Source: a virus. From it: DNA of 64,000 bases. A model generated the notes under the pieces. That model was given only the letters and a program-made list of their open reading frames with translations, was not told where the DNA came from and ran no database searches. The translations under genes were made by a program, and so were the position numbers. The stretch lies in the IMG/VR virus record IMGVR_UViG_3300016471_001035, positions 1 through 64,000 of that record; one strand, written 5' to 3'. Shown one piece after another: positions 16,811 to 26,601 of this stretch. Each line of letters starts with the position of its first letter. Position 1 is the first letter of the stretch.

Positions 16811-16969
16811 TTAAAAAAACTTCTTACGACGCTTTGTATTTTTATCTGATCGAGTTGCTCTAAAACTTTTATATCCGTGGTCTTCTCTCATTTGCCGGGC
16901 ATGTTCTTTTGAATAACTAACCCAAGGATTGCGACGGTCAAAAGTTTGTCTTGGCTTACTAGTATTCAT
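16811..16969 (-). CDS. basic microprotein with RATRSDK motif (52 aa, not in ORF track)
   Basis: MNTSKPRQTFDRRNPWVSYSKEHARQMREDHGYKSFRATRSDKNTKRRKKFF. Confidence 0.65.
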   Translation of the reverse strand: MNTSKPRQTFDRRNPWVSYSKEHARQMREDHGYKSFRATRSDKNTKRRKKFF

Positions 16970-17160
16970 TTAATGTAAGTGTTCTTTATTTTTACATCTG
17001 TTACTAGCTTATAGATTAGACTTTCGGTAATATTAAACCGGCTATAACCTATATCGCTTGTATTTTGCTCTCTACAAATACGTCTATGCTCACCTAACGC
17101 CTGCCAAAGCTCTTCAAATTCTTCTTTTGTAAGAACTGCATCCTTAACGTGGTATGTCAT
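16966..17160 (-). CDS. hypothetical protein
   Basis: ORF between the two RATRSDK paralogs, with overlapping start/stop. Confidence 0.55.
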   Translation of the reverse strand: MTYHVKDAVLTKEEFEELWQALGEHRRICREQNTSDIGYSRFNITESLIYKLVTDVKIKNTYIK

Positions 17161-17306
17161 TAGTATTTGCTTCTCTTCTTACCTTTATCAGAGCGGGTTG
17201 CACGAATACTTGTACCACACCACTTTCTTGCATATGCAGCATAACTTTTTGTTACGCGGTAGGAAGGATTAGATCTGTTAAAAGATGATTTAACTTTGTA
17301 TGCCAT
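17160..17306 (-). CDS. basic microprotein with RATRSDK motif (48 aa, not in ORF track)
   Basis: MAYKVKSSFNRSNPSYRVTKSYAAYARKWCGTSIRATRSDKGKKRSKY. Confidence 0.65.
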   Translation of the reverse strand: MAYKVKSSFNRSNPSYRVTKSYAAYARKWCGTSIRATRSDKGKKRSKY

Positions 17307-17326
17307 TTAATTATTATAAAGGCAAA

Positions 17327-17491
17327 TTATTCTTTATCAAACTGTTTTTTAACTACTAACTGTTTTTGACGCTCTAACACCTGCTGTACGTATTGACACT
17401 GCAATTGACCGCCTAATTTTGCAATAATATCTTCACACTCTTTTAGAGTGAGTTGATTAACTTTACGACATTTCTTCTTTTTTCCGGCCAT
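17327..17491 (-). CDS. small basic protein (54 aa, not in ORF track)
   Basis: MAGKKKKCRKVNQLTLKECEDII...; TAAATA upstream. Confidence 0.5.
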   Translation of the reverse strand: MAGKKKKCRKVNQLTLKECEDIIAKLGGQLQCQYVQQVLERQKQLVVKKQFDKE

Positions 17492-17499
17492 GTAATTAT

Positions 17500-17832
17500 T
17501 TAGGCAACAGCGTAAATAACTCTATTTAAAACTTTACCGTCTGCAAAATAAATTATTACTTCTGCGTACCCCTCGTTTAATTTAATGAGTTTTTCATCAA
17601 CTTTTATACCTTGTGAAAGGCTGTCGACATAAAGATTAGTAACTAAATCGTTAGCTTGCTCTTGTGTTAAATCAGTTCCATGGGTAACAGTAAATCCGGA
17701 TGCAGAGTGTACTAGGGTATAGCGGGAAGTATCTAGCGTTTCTTTATAAAAAAGAATAACTTCTGTTAGCGCATTATTATTTTGATTGTCTGAATATATA
17801 TTGCTATATTGGTCGTATATATCTACTCTCAT
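17500..17832 (-). CDS. hypothetical late protein
   Basis: ORF with TAAATA upstream. Confidence 0.55.
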   Translation of the reverse strand: MRVDIYDQYSNIYSDNQNNNALTEVILFYKETLDTSRYTLVHSASGFTVTHGTDLTQEQANDLVTNLYVDSLSQGIKVDEKLIKLNEGYAEVIIYFADGKVLNRVIYAVA

Positions 17833-17843
17833 ATTATTATTTA

Positions 17844-20645
17844 TTAATACTTATATATTCTCAAACTATTAAATCTCATATTTTGCAAGTCACCTCCAGA
17901 GGACCCCACGTTCTCAGTATATATTCTAAATTCTTTTAATACTCCTGACTTATTAACTGTGCTTGTTTCAGCACCTCGGGTAACTGTAATCTCTACATTA
18001 TTGGATGAAGTTTGCTTTGCAACTATATCAAACACACTAGTCTGACTGTATCCCCACCCTAGAAGTGATCCATTAAAGTAATAATCATTACTGGTTACAG
18101 AGAAATTAACTAAAAAGTTTCCATTACTATCAAATAAGTTAACACCTTTACCACCATCTCTATATGCTAAGGCTACTTTAATAGATGCAGCATATCCAAC
18201 AGCAAGATTACTACTAAATGGTCTATTAAAGTAACCAGTCCCCGGGTTACTAGACCATATACCGAACGCCTCACCATTGGTGTTAATATCACCAAACCCT
18301 TGTGTAGTAGAACTACCTATATAGCTACCTGCATTTGATGTTGTCACACTCCATGAGTTAAATCCTGTTCCTCCATTATCACCACCACTTATAGCATCGT
18401 CATCATAAGGGGAATTTGAAGCCACGTCCTCACCACCCGGAGACGTTGTTGGTGTGGGTGAGGGTGTCGCTGTTATTGTTACACTAGGGGTAACTGTTGT
18501 AGTTATCGTGGGTGTTTGGGTTACTGTAGGTGTAGGCGTTTCTGAGGCTGTATTTGAAGGTGTAGGTGTATTTGTTGGCGTATTAGTCGGTGTTAAAGAT
18601 TGAGTAGGTGTTTGTGAAGGTACAAATGGTTCATTGGACGGTGTTTGTGTAATCGTGGGTGTTACTGTTGGTGTTATTGTAGGTGTTGGCGTTTCTGAGG
18701 ATGTATTAGATGGTGTTAACGTTGGTGTAGGTGTCTCTGTTTCTGTAGGTGTAACTGTGGGTGTGGGTGTCTCTGTTTCTGTGGGTGTGTATGTAGGCGT
18801 TTCCGTTGGAGTAATAGTAGGTGTAGGTGTTGGTGTTTCTGTCTCAGATGATGTAATAGTAGGCGTAGGTGTTGGTGTATTTGTCGAAGTTACGGTTATT
18901 GAAGGTGTTGGTGTAGGGGTAGGTTGTATAAAAGGATATACCTTAAAGCTATTAAAGTATAAGTTATTCCTATCATCCCCTGCATTGGTATCAGATACAT
19001 AAAGCTTGTGACCGCGAAGAACATTACTAATCGTTGTTATATTATAATCACCATTAGGCCTGCTCACTGTTATTTGCAGTGTATTTGAACCGGTTTGTGC
19101 TACTACTATTTCAAATACAGACGTTTGACTATAAGTCCACCCTTGGTCAACACCGTTAACCTGATATTGATTACTACCTACATTAAAGTTCCAAACTTCA
19201 TTACTATACCCGGTATCACTAAACAGCGAAATACCCTTATTACCATTTCTAAATGCAATTGCAAGGATAGCTGAAAAAGCATAGCCAACAGTTAAATTAG
19301 AGGAGAGATTTCTCCTTAAGTCAATAAAGTTACTACCAGCTGGATTTGCATATGCGCCGAATGCTTTACTATTAGTTGTTATATCTCCAAAGCCTTGTGT
19401 AACGCTATCTGAGCCTATAAATGCACCGGCAGTACCGTTTAAAGCAAAACTCCAATCATCAAATCCCGGCCCTGCGTCAATACCGTTATTAAATCCAGAA
19501 TTATAAACAGAGTTATTTGCATTATCTTCAAATATGGTTTGTGTGGAAGAAGGTGTAACTGTCGGTGTAGGTGTACCGGTTGGGGTTTCCGTAGGTGTAG
19601 GCGATTCAGTAGGTGTAAATGTAGGTGTTTCTGTAGGTGTAGGTGTTACCGTTGGAGTAGAAGTCTCTGTTTCTGTGGGTGTGTATGTAGGTGTTTCCGT
19701 TGGAGTAATAGTAGGCGTAGGTGTTGGTGTTTCTGTCTCAGATGATGTAATAGTAGGCGTAGGTGTTGGTGTTTCTGTCTCAGATGATGTAATAGTTGGT
19801 GTCACTGAAGACGTATTTGTTGGAGTAATAGAAGGTGTATTAGATGGCGTTACTGTTGATGTATTTGTTACAGTCGGCGATGGTGTAGATGTTTGTGTTG
19901 TAGTAGAAGTAGGCGTTGCAGTAGGTGAGCTTGTAGGTGTATTGGATATAGTTGGCGTTGTTGTGGGGGTTTTAGTCACCGTTGGCGTACTCGTTCTGGT
20001 TACTGTAGGTGTAATAGTTTGTGAAGGCGTTATTGACGGGGTAGGTGATGTTGTTGGTGTTACTGAAGGTGTAACTGCAGGCGCTTCTGTTTTTGTTAAA
20101 GTAAATATTGCTGACCCCGTGCTAGAATAAAACCAAGTATAATAAACATTTTGTGATGTTATTAAAGTAGTAGATTCTGAAATAAAGATTTTATCATCAT
20201 TAGTAATTACATTTACTAAATTATATGCAGAAAGATAGCAGCTATTAAAATCATTTATATCAAAATTATTTTCTACCTCAAATGAGAACCCATCACCTTG
20301 AATAGTAAAATATGTTGTAGTGTTTGAAACCGTTACGTTTATAATGTTAGCTGTAGGTAGGATGTTTATTGTTTGACCGGTTGTATTGACATCAAAGCTT
20401 TGTACCGCACCAGCTACATCTCCCGCACAATAACTACCTGCAGATTCTTCTTCTAATTTTGTAAGCTCTACGGCTCTTTGCTCAAACAATATTCTTCTTT
20501 CGAGTTCAGTTTCTGCCATCGAATCAAACAACATTTTCTTTTGAATATTGTTTGGAACCGGTTTATCCCAAGTTGGTTTATCTGGAGGGAAGGTATAGCT
20601 TCTTCCATCCGATAAAGCATCTAAATATTCATCAAACCAGTCCAT
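17844..20645 (-). CDS. large virion-surface protein with two mucin-like Thr/Pro tracts and two related beta-rich domains
   Basis: (TPT/ETPTP)n tracts; duplicated domain D.A.NS.Y...G...G.GF..WS....AG..IG....QGFGDI.TN..AFG...GW.YSQTSVF. Confidence 0.75.
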   Translation of the reverse strand: MDWFDEYLDALSDGRSYTFPPDKPTWDKPVPNNIQKKMLFDSMAETELERRILFEQRAVELTKLEEESAGSYCAGDVAGAVQSFDVNTTGQTINILPTANIINVTVSNTTTYFTIQGDGFSFEVENNFDINDFNSCYLSAYNLVNVITNDDKIFISESTTLITSQNVYYTWFYSSTGSAIFTLTKTEAPAVTPSVTPTTSPTPSITPSQTITPTVTRTSTPTVTKTPTTTPTISNTPTSSPTATPTSTTTQTSTPSPTVTNTSTVTPSNTPSITPTNTSSVTPTITSSETETPTPTPTITSSETETPTPTPTITPTETPTYTPTETETSTPTVTPTPTETPTFTPTESPTPTETPTGTPTPTVTPSSTQTIFEDNANNSVYNSGFNNGIDAGPGFDDWSFALNGTAGAFIGSDSVTQGFGDITTNSKAFGAYANPAGSNFIDLRRNLSSNLTVGYAFSAILAIAFRNGNKGISLFSDTGYSNEVWNFNVGSNQYQVNGVDQGWTYSQTSVFEIVVAQTGSNTLQITVSRPNGDYNITTISNVLRGHKLYVSDTNAGDDRNNLYFNSFKVYPFIQPTPTPTPSITVTSTNTPTPTPTITSSETETPTPTPTITPTETPTYTPTETETPTPTVTPTETETPTPTLTPSNTSSETPTPTITPTVTPTITQTPSNEPFVPSQTPTQSLTPTNTPTNTPTPSNTASETPTPTVTQTPTITTTVTPSVTITATPSPTPTTSPGGEDVASNSPYDDDAISGGDNGGTGFNSWSVTTSNAGSYIGSSTTQGFGDINTNGEAFGIWSSNPGTGYFNRPFSSNLAVGYAASIKVALAYRDGGKGVNLFDSNGNFLVNFSVTSNDYYFNGSLLGWGYSQTSVFDIVAKQTSSNNVEITVTRGAETSTVNKSGVLKEFRIYTENVGSSGGDLQNMRFNSLRIYKY

Positions 20646-20687
20646 AGGATATATATTATTTATAACTATTTAGATTAAATATTTTAA

Positions 20688-21251
20688 ATGCCCGATATTA
20701 CAATAACAGGATTAGGGGACTTAGCTCCTGCAGCAAATACGTATATACCTATTTCTAACGGAACAGTTACCGGAAAAGTACTATATACTGGAAATGCTAA
20801 CCCTACCGGTTCTATTATAATGTGGCCTACAGAAACCCCGCCAAGCGGGTATTTAGAATGCAATGGTGTTGCTGTCAGCAGAACAACTTATGCTAGCTTA
20901 TTCACCGCTCTAGGTACAAGATACGGCATAGGGGATGGGTCTACAACTTTCAATTTACCTGATTTAAGAGGAGAATTTATTAGAGGGTTTGATAATGGTA
21001 GAGGTATAGATACAGGAAGAGCCTTAGGATCATCACAATTAGATCAATTCCAAGGTCATTACCATGCTAAATCTACAGCTGGATTGCAAGGTGGAACTGC
21101 TACTTTAGGTGCAAACTCCGGAGGAAACATTTACGCGGGGTCAAATGCTGAGATAAGGCAACCCACTACAGACGGAGTCAACGGCGCGCCGAGAACTGGT
21201 ACAGAGACCCGTCCACGTAATATTGCTTTAATGTACTGTATTAAGACTTAG
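20688..21251 (+). CDS. tail-collar domain fibre protein with MADVTI-like N-module (MPDITI)
   Basis: PTGSII.W....PPSGYLECNG.AVSRTTYA.LF..LGT.YG.GDGSTTFNLPDLRGEFIRG...ETRPRNIALMYCIK. Confidence 0.9.
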   Translation: MPDITITGLGDLAPAANTYIPISNGTVTGKVLYTGNANPTGSIIMWPTETPPSGYLECNGVAVSRTTYASLFTALGTRYGIGDGSTTFNLPDLRGEFIRGFDNGRGIDTGRALGSSQLDQFQGHYHAKSTAGLQGGTATLGANSGGNIYAGSNAEIRQPTTDGVNGAPRTGTETRPRNIALMYCIKT

Positions 21252-21435
21252 AAGCCTTACGAGCATTCTTTTCTTCCTGAACGCTCTTACGGGCCTCGCG
21301 AGCAAACTTAATTACTTCCTGAAGTGCCTTTCGAGCACGAGTTCCTGCGGCGTTATTGCCACCGGAGAACTTTTCGTATTCGGCAGTAAAAGTTGCAACA
21401 TGTTCTTGTAATGTAAGAGGATTAATGTTTGACAT
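21241..21435 (-). CDS. histone H1-like (Hc1 family) small DNA-binding protein
   Basis: EKF..GNNAAGTRARKALQE...A.E.RK.VQE.KN. Confidence 0.75.
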   Translation of the reverse strand: MSNINPLTLQEHVATFTAEYEKFSGGNNAAGTRARKALQEVIKFAREARKSVQEEKNARKASKS

Positions 21436-21492
21436 ATACAGATTTTATTATACTTGATTAAGAATGCAACTATATTAAGATTAAATATTAAT

Positions 21493-21654
21493 ATGAAAGC
21501 GGAAAGAAAAAAAATTACCGCCGATCAAATATTAGACCTATACGCTGAGGCTAAGAAAAGTAAAGGTACAAAAAAAGAAGAAATAATGAGAAAGGTAATT
21601 CTTCTCTCTCACTATTTAAATGATTATGTACCTTTAGATAAGATCAGAAGGTAG
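21493..21654 (+). CDS. hypothetical protein (start probably 21493)
   Basis: TAAATA then ATG at 21493. Confidence 0.45.
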   Translation: MKAERKKITADQILDLYAEAKKSKGTKKEEIMRKVILLSHYLNDYVPLDKIRR

Positions 21655-21870
21655 TACTGCAGTTCTTTCTCTTGTTGCAAGCGCGTTAACTGTTTTTTTT
21701 ATTCTTTCAATATTAGTGTCGAATCTATACGCATCACATACCGGGCAAAATATACTTTCTACTAGTACAACTGACTCGCATCCTTCGCATACTTTGTAAT
21801 AATCTGCATTTTCACAGATTCTTTTTGCGGCAGCTTTACGCTTTTTTATAGCATCTGACTCCTCTGCCAT
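21634..21870 (-). CDS. small Zn-ribbon protein
   Basis: CEGC...CPVC. Confidence 0.6.
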   Translation of the reverse strand: MAEESDAIKKRKAAAKRICENADYYKVCEGCESVVLVESIFCPVCDAYRFDTNIERIKKTVNALATRERTAVLPSDLI

Positions 21871-21882
21871 ATAAATATTTAG

Positions 21883-22155
21883 GTGAATAGAGATATAAAA
21901 GCTTTATGTGAGTCATACAATCAAGGTATTAATCATACTACTAGAAATAGTGATTCATATAGTTATAAAGTTAAAGAGTATAGCCAGGTACGTAGCGAGA
22001 GTGAAGAAGAGCATACTCTTAAAAAAAGAATTGCACTTGAATTAAACAACATGACGCAAAGAGCTTCTAGAGGGTTAAAAGATGATCTACACTACATACT
22101 TACCAATCTTAATAAAATAAAAGAGGATGTTACTTCACTTTTAACTAAAATTTGA
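21883..22155 (+). CDS. hypothetical protein, putative head-internal
   Basis: N-terminus MNRDIKALCESY. Confidence 0.5.
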   Translation: MNRDIKALCESYNQGINHTTRNSDSYSYKVKEYSQVRSESEEEHTLKKRIALELNNMTQRASRGLKDDLHYILTNLNKIKEDVTSLLTKI

Positions 22156-22185
22156 ATTTTTTTATTTTTTATTTATAATATAAAA

Positions 22186-22641
22186 ATGAGGCGTGTATCG
22201 CTATCGTGGGCGGATATAGAGCAAGACTGTGCATTATTAGCAGATCAAATAAAATTTTGTGATGTAATATTAGCTCTTGGCCGCGGTGGGCTTGTGCCAA
22301 GTGTTATGTTGTCTCATTTTTTGGATTGCAAAGTAGTTAATTTTGGCTTGAAGAGCTATTTAAATGAGCAGGCAGGCAATATTGCTGTTACTCAGCCACC
22401 AGGAATACATTTTAACTCAAAATTTAGAGACAAAAAAGTATTAGTTGTAGATGATTTATCAGATAAAGGAACTACTCTTGCCTATGTAAGAGAATATTTA
22501 GTTACCCATGAATTTGATTTTTATAGATTTGCAACACTTTACATTAAATCATCTACAAAATTTACTCCTACGTATTATGTTAAAGAATTTGATGACAATA
22601 TTTGGCTTGACTTTCCTTGGGAAATATCTAAAATAGAATAA
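22186..22641 (+). CDS. gpt: purine (xanthine/guanine-type) phosphoribosyltransferase
   Basis: LSW...ALGRGGLVP; PRPP loop VLVVDDLSDKGTTL; C-terminal WLDFPWE. Confidence 0.8.
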   Translation: MRRVSLSWADIEQDCALLADQIKFCDVILALGRGGLVPSVMLSHFLDCKVVNFGLKSYLNEQAGNIAVTQPPGIHFNSKFRDKKVLVVDDLSDKGTTLAYVREYLVTHEFDFYRFATLYIKSSTKFTPTYYVKEFDDNIWLDFPWEISKIE

Positions 22642-22701
22642 ATATAAGAACAATATTTTATTGACCTAAATTAGGTCTTCGCCTTTAAGGCATTTATTTT
22701 T

Positions 22702-23268
22702 ATGAAAACAAACAAACGAATACACAAGCTAGGAATAATAATCACAACACTTCTACTTTCATCAGCATCTATTTGCTTGACAGATTATGCTGATAAAAAG
22801 CTAACTATTAAAGATGTAAAGACAGAGCTTAAAGCTTTGCCTTATTTAGATGAAAAAGCAGCTGCTAAAAAATTAAAAATTAGAGCAGATGGCATAGTAT
22901 ATAAAGATGAATTTATTCCAAAAACTAATAATAGCGGATTTAAAATATTAACAGTCCGATTAACTGTATACTGGGCAAAAGGTGGAGGTACAGACTATTA
23001 TAGTTCTAAGAAAAAGAGCTCTACAGGGTATACATTAAAGCAAGGTGAATCGATAGCAGTTGACCCTAAGATTATACCTTATAAAAAAGAAGTAATTATA
23101 CCTAATATTGGTGTAGTGAAAGCTGTAGATACAGGATCTGCTGTAGTAGCAAAGAGTGCTTCTAGAGGTAAGTTACCCGTTATAGATGTCTTTTTTGAGC
23201 ATAAGAAAGATGCTATAACATTTGCAAATAGATACCCTAAGGTTGTTAAAGTTGCAGTATTAAACTAA
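22702..23268 (+). CDS. 3D-domain (MltA-like) cell-wall protein with N-terminal signal/TM
   Basis: IAVDPKIIP...AVDTGSAV...IDVFF three-Asp motif. Confidence 0.8.
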   Translation: MKTNKRIHKLGIIITTLLLSSASICLTDYADKKLTIKDVKTELKALPYLDEKAAAKKLKIRADGIVYKDEFIPKTNNSGFKILTVRLTVYWAKGGGTDYYSSKKKSSTGYTLKQGESIAVDPKIIPYKKEVIIPNIGVVKAVDTGSAVVAKSASRGKLPVIDVFFEHKKDAITFANRYPKVVKVAVLN

Positions 23269-23283
23269 GGAATAAGTAGAATT

Positions 23284-23946
23284 ATGGATTCTAAGACGTT
23301 AACTAAAAATCTCGAAACTGCGCTTGAGCTAGCAAATGATGATACAAAAAATACGCTTCCTTGGCAAATATTTGCCTTAGAAGGGATGAGCGGTAATAGA
23401 TTTAGACAATTTTTAAACCACTTGCTCAGAATTAACGGTAAAGAGACAAGATATCTTGAGATAGGGATTTGCGGTGGATCAACATCTGTTTCTGCTCTTC
23501 ATAATAATATTAATAATATAGATAAACACTGGCTTATTGATAATTGGGTTTGGTCTAATTTTAATTTGAATTTAATGGATTTGTTTTTACAGAATTTTAG
23601 AACAAACGTTAAACAAGAACCTAATTTTATACAAGCTGATTGTTTTGATCTAGATCTTACTAAAACGGACATAAGCAACGTAAACCTTTATTTTTACGAC
23701 GGCGGTCATAGAAAAGACGAGCAGTTTAGAGCTTTAACTTATTATTATAATGTATTAGCAGATAATTTTATATTTATAGTTGACGATTGGATTGATGCTA
23801 ATGCGAGGGAAGGTACAGATGAAGCTATTAAACAGCTTAATTTAAATGTAGATTATAAGCTTGAAATACATAAACATGATTACGGTAATCAAAGGTTAGA
23901 ATGGTGGGAAGGTGTTGGGTTATTTGTTCTTAGTAAAAATAAATAA
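23284..23946 (+). CDS. class I SAM-dependent methyltransferase (Methyltransf_24-like)
   Basis: YLEIG..GGS; YFYDGGH; FIVDDW. Confidence 0.75.
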   Translation: MDSKTLTKNLETALELANDDTKNTLPWQIFALEGMSGNRFRQFLNHLLRINGKETRYLEIGICGGSTSVSALHNNINNIDKHWLIDNWVWSNFNLNLMDLFLQNFRTNVKQEPNFIQADCFDLDLTKTDISNVNLYFYDGGHRKDEQFRALTYYYNVLADNFIFIVDDWIDANAREGTDEAIKQLNLNVDYKLEIHKHDYGNQRLEWWEGVGLFVLSKNK

Positions 23947-23950
23947 TTTA

Positions 23951-24517
23951 GTGCGCTTTAATAAGCTTGTTAACTATATATTAGAGGTTGTAGCAGATAT
24001 ACCTCCTCCTGCTATTATTCATAAAGCAGAGGACACAAAGCTTACTTTTAATGAAATTTTTGAATTTGTAAAAAATCATGAAGGGTATAAAAATTTAGTT
24101 TATAAGGATAGTCTAGGTATTCCTACTATAGGAATAGGGTTTAACTTAACTAGGCCTGATGCAAAAAATATTATTAGTAGTGTAGGTGCTAACTATTTAA
24201 GTGTTTTAAAAGGTGAGCAAAAATTAACAGACGAACAGATAAGAGAAATATTTAAAATTACTATTCAAATTGCGTACAAAGATGCAAAGAAATGGATTTC
24301 TAATTTTGATGGGCTTCCCAAAAATATAAAATTAGCAATATTAGATTTATCTTTTAACATGGGATATCCTAGATTGAGTAAATTTATAAAGACAAAAGAA
24401 GCAATTATAGTTGGTGATTACAGTAAGGCAGCCGAAGAATTGACAAAGAGCAAGTGGGCCACGCAAGTAGGTAACAGGGCTAAAAGTATTATCGGGCTTT
24501 TTTTAGCTTCTTCTTAA
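23951..24517 (+). CDS. GH24 phage lysozyme (start probably GTG 23951)
   Basis: HEG....YKDSLG.PTIGIGFNL (E-x8-D-x5-T); DLSFNMG; SKWATQVG.RA. Confidence 0.85.
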   Translation: MRFNKLVNYILEVVADIPPPAIIHKAEDTKLTFNEIFEFVKNHEGYKNLVYKDSLGIPTIGIGFNLTRPDAKNIISSVGANYLSVLKGEQKLTDEQIREIFKITIQIAYKDAKKWISNFDGLPKNIKLAILDLSFNMGYPRLSKFIKTKEAIIVGDYSKAAEELTKSKWATQVGNRAKSIIGLFLASS

Positions 24518-24683
24518 TTTTTTTAGGCAGTCTTAATGTTACTGTTTTCTGTTTACTAGGAAATGTATTTTGCTGATCACCGCTAGTTAAACCAATGTCA
24601 GGACCAGTTGACGGAGCTGCTTGCTGTTGAGGGTAAATATTAAAATCTTCTAGGATTTTTTTAAAGCAATCGTCAAATTTCAT
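24489..24683 (-). CDS. small hypothetical protein, putative head-internal
   Basis: MKFDDCFKKILE N-terminus. Confidence 0.5.
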   Translation of the reverse strand: MKFDDCFKKILEDFNIYPQQQAAPSTGPDIGLTSGDQQNTFPSKQKTVTLRLPKKIKKKLKKAR

Positions 24684-25888
24684 CCTTTTAATCGATTATG
24701 TTGCTTTAAAAAATCTACTTCTCTTTTTAATTCTTTAATACTTTCAATTAAAAACGGAATAATTTTAATATAGTTTAATCCCATAAACCCGTCTTCTCTT
24801 GTTTCCACTGCTTCCGGTATTACTAAATTTACTTCTTGTGCAATTAAGCCGTAATCACTTCCCTGTAAATGTGAATACTGAGGATAGTCAGATGCAACAT
24901 TTTTCCAATCGAAAGAATATCCTGTCAACTTAACTATAGTGTCAAGACCTCCTCTTATTGGTTTAATATTTTCCTTTAAATCTTTATCTGAACTAAAAAA
25001 CGCAATAACGTCACCGGTGCTTCTAACAGTGCCCGTTACTGTAGTGTTACCCTGTACATTTAATGTGCCTTGAATAATCGTTGGCGTTTTTAGTGTTATG
25101 GTTGTACCAACGGTAAATTTTGTTGTATCAAGTGCAAATACAGGTGGATTAACTGTCTGATTAATAGTAATACCGTTTTGAGCAGCAAATGTAGCTTCCT
25201 GTAGAATGGTAGAAAAGGAGAAGCATGTTAAATTAGAAGTAGCAGTTCTCCCTAATACCGTGCTTGGTAATACAGCCAGGTCTTGAGGATTATTAGTAAC
25301 GTTTAAAAAATTACATTTAAACGTGTTAGCCGGTACTTCTTGAAGAAATCGATTTTCAACAGAATCTTCTATTAACCCTATTGGTGCATTTAGAGAAGGC
25401 TTGCCGATGGTGTAATTATCGACAACAGCAAAACTTAATTGCCTCGGGCCTACACCTTGATCTTTAATTTGCAGTTGGTCTAAAGTATTATATTCAAGCT
25501 GGGTATCGTTTATTAAAGTAACAAAATCATATTTTACGAATTCTGATGACAAAGGAGGAAATGTATTAACGCTAGTTAAAGAATATAATCCTCTTGTTTC
25601 TTCATCGTAAACAATATCACCGGTAGCCGCTCCTTTATTAAGAATAGCGGTTATAGCTTCAAAGGAAAGTCCGTTTTGATAATTACCAAAAAGGTTATCA
25701 AGTGTTCCTAAATTTTGAATCCCAATAGCATTGCCTCCAGATGTACTGCCATCACCTATATAAAGTCTTTTTGTATCGACACAATAGCCTGGCTCACCAC
25801 TACTAAATACTATACCAGTAAGATTAGCAGTACGTCTTTGAATATCGGTGCCCTGACGAATTAGAATTTTTGTTATTGTATCTGCCAT
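24680..25888 (-). CDS. tail fibre with Mtd-N-like N-terminus and C-terminal S74 intramolecular chaperone
   Basis: KILIRQG...GEPGY..DTKRLYIGDG; SSDKDLKENIKPI...GLIAQEV..V.PEAV...NYIKIIP.LIESIKELK. Confidence 0.85.
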   Translation of the reverse strand: MADTITKILIRQGTDIQRRTANLTGIVFSSGEPGYCVDTKRLYIGDGSTSGGNAIGIQNLGTLDNLFGNYQNGLSFEAITAILNKGAATGDIVYDEETRGLYSLTSVNTFPPLSSEFVKYDFVTLINDTQLEYNTLDQLQIKDQGVGPRQLSFAVVDNYTIGKPSLNAPIGLIEDSVENRFLQEVPANTFKCNFLNVTNNPQDLAVLPSTVLGRTATSNLTCFSFSTILQEATFAAQNGITINQTVNPPVFALDTTKFTVGTTITLKTPTIIQGTLNVQGNTTVTGTVRSTGDVIAFFSSDKDLKENIKPIRGGLDTIVKLTGYSFDWKNVASDYPQYSHLQGSDYGLIAQEVNLVIPEAVETREDGFMGLNYIKIIPFLIESIKELKREVDFLKQHNRLKG

Positions 25889-25939
25889 ATTTTATTATAT
25901 TTATTCTAAAATTATAAATACCAACGATAAATACTTAAT

Positions 25940-26173
25940 ATGGATAAGCTTTATTCTGCTGTTTTAGCGGGAAAAAATACTATAAATGTTTTTGACGTAA
26001 GGAAGGGTATAAAAACCTATTCATTAAATTTAGGCTCTGTTGAAATCGTTAATGGACCAGTGGTTACAAAAGATAAGATGACTATTGTAACAAAAGAAGC
26101 GTCAGGTAAAATGAGGGGGAAAGTTTATAGCTTACCTAAAGGTATTCTATCATATTCTTTTCAAGTAAACTAA
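25940..26173 (+). CDS. hypothetical protein
   Basis: ORF with TAAATA upstream. Confidence 0.55.
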   Translation: MDKLYSAVLAGKNTINVFDVRKGIKTYSLNLGSVEIVNGPVVTKDKMTIVTKEASGKMRGKVYSLPKGILSYSFQVN

Positions 26174-26571
26174 TGGCTAAAAAAAGTTCAACATCTACTC
26201 ATCATTTAAGAAAACTTCAACAGGATGTTGATACAGTTTTTAAGACTGTATATCATGGCAATGGTAAGCCCTCTATTGTAACTCAATTGTCAGGTTTAGA
26301 TCAAAGAATAAAATCACTAGAAAATAATTTTGATACAAAAATTAATTCTTTAGAAAAAGAAATGGAGCTAAAATTTAAGCATATTGCCGACGTAGTAACA
26401 GAGAAATTTAATAATATTTCAACCCAAATTACACATGAATTTGGAAAGAAAAAAATAGATGCAGAAGGTCTCTGGAATTTTAAAACAGCTATTACTACCT
26501 CATTACTAGCTGCATTAACATCCATTTTTATATTATTAGTTAAAGAATTAGTTACGCGTCTAGCTAGTTGA
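26173..26571 (+). CDS. coiled-coil protein with C-terminal TM helix (holin-like?)
   Basis: Heptad region then AITTSLLAALTSIFILLV. Confidence 0.45.
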   Translation: MAKKSSTSTHHLRKLQQDVDTVFKTVYHGNGKPSIVTQLSGLDQRIKSLENNFDTKINSLEKEMELKFKHIADVVTEKFNNISTQITHEFGKKKIDAEGLWNFKTAITTSLLAALTSIFILLVKELVTRLAS

Positions 26572-26601
26572 TATAGATATACTTGTTTATATAATGGGGG
26601 T

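Noticed and set aside
18634-20130. Val/Gly-repeat and Cys/Arg-repeat ORFs on the + strand
   Set aside because: Antisense translations of the Thr/Pro repeats of 17844..20645.
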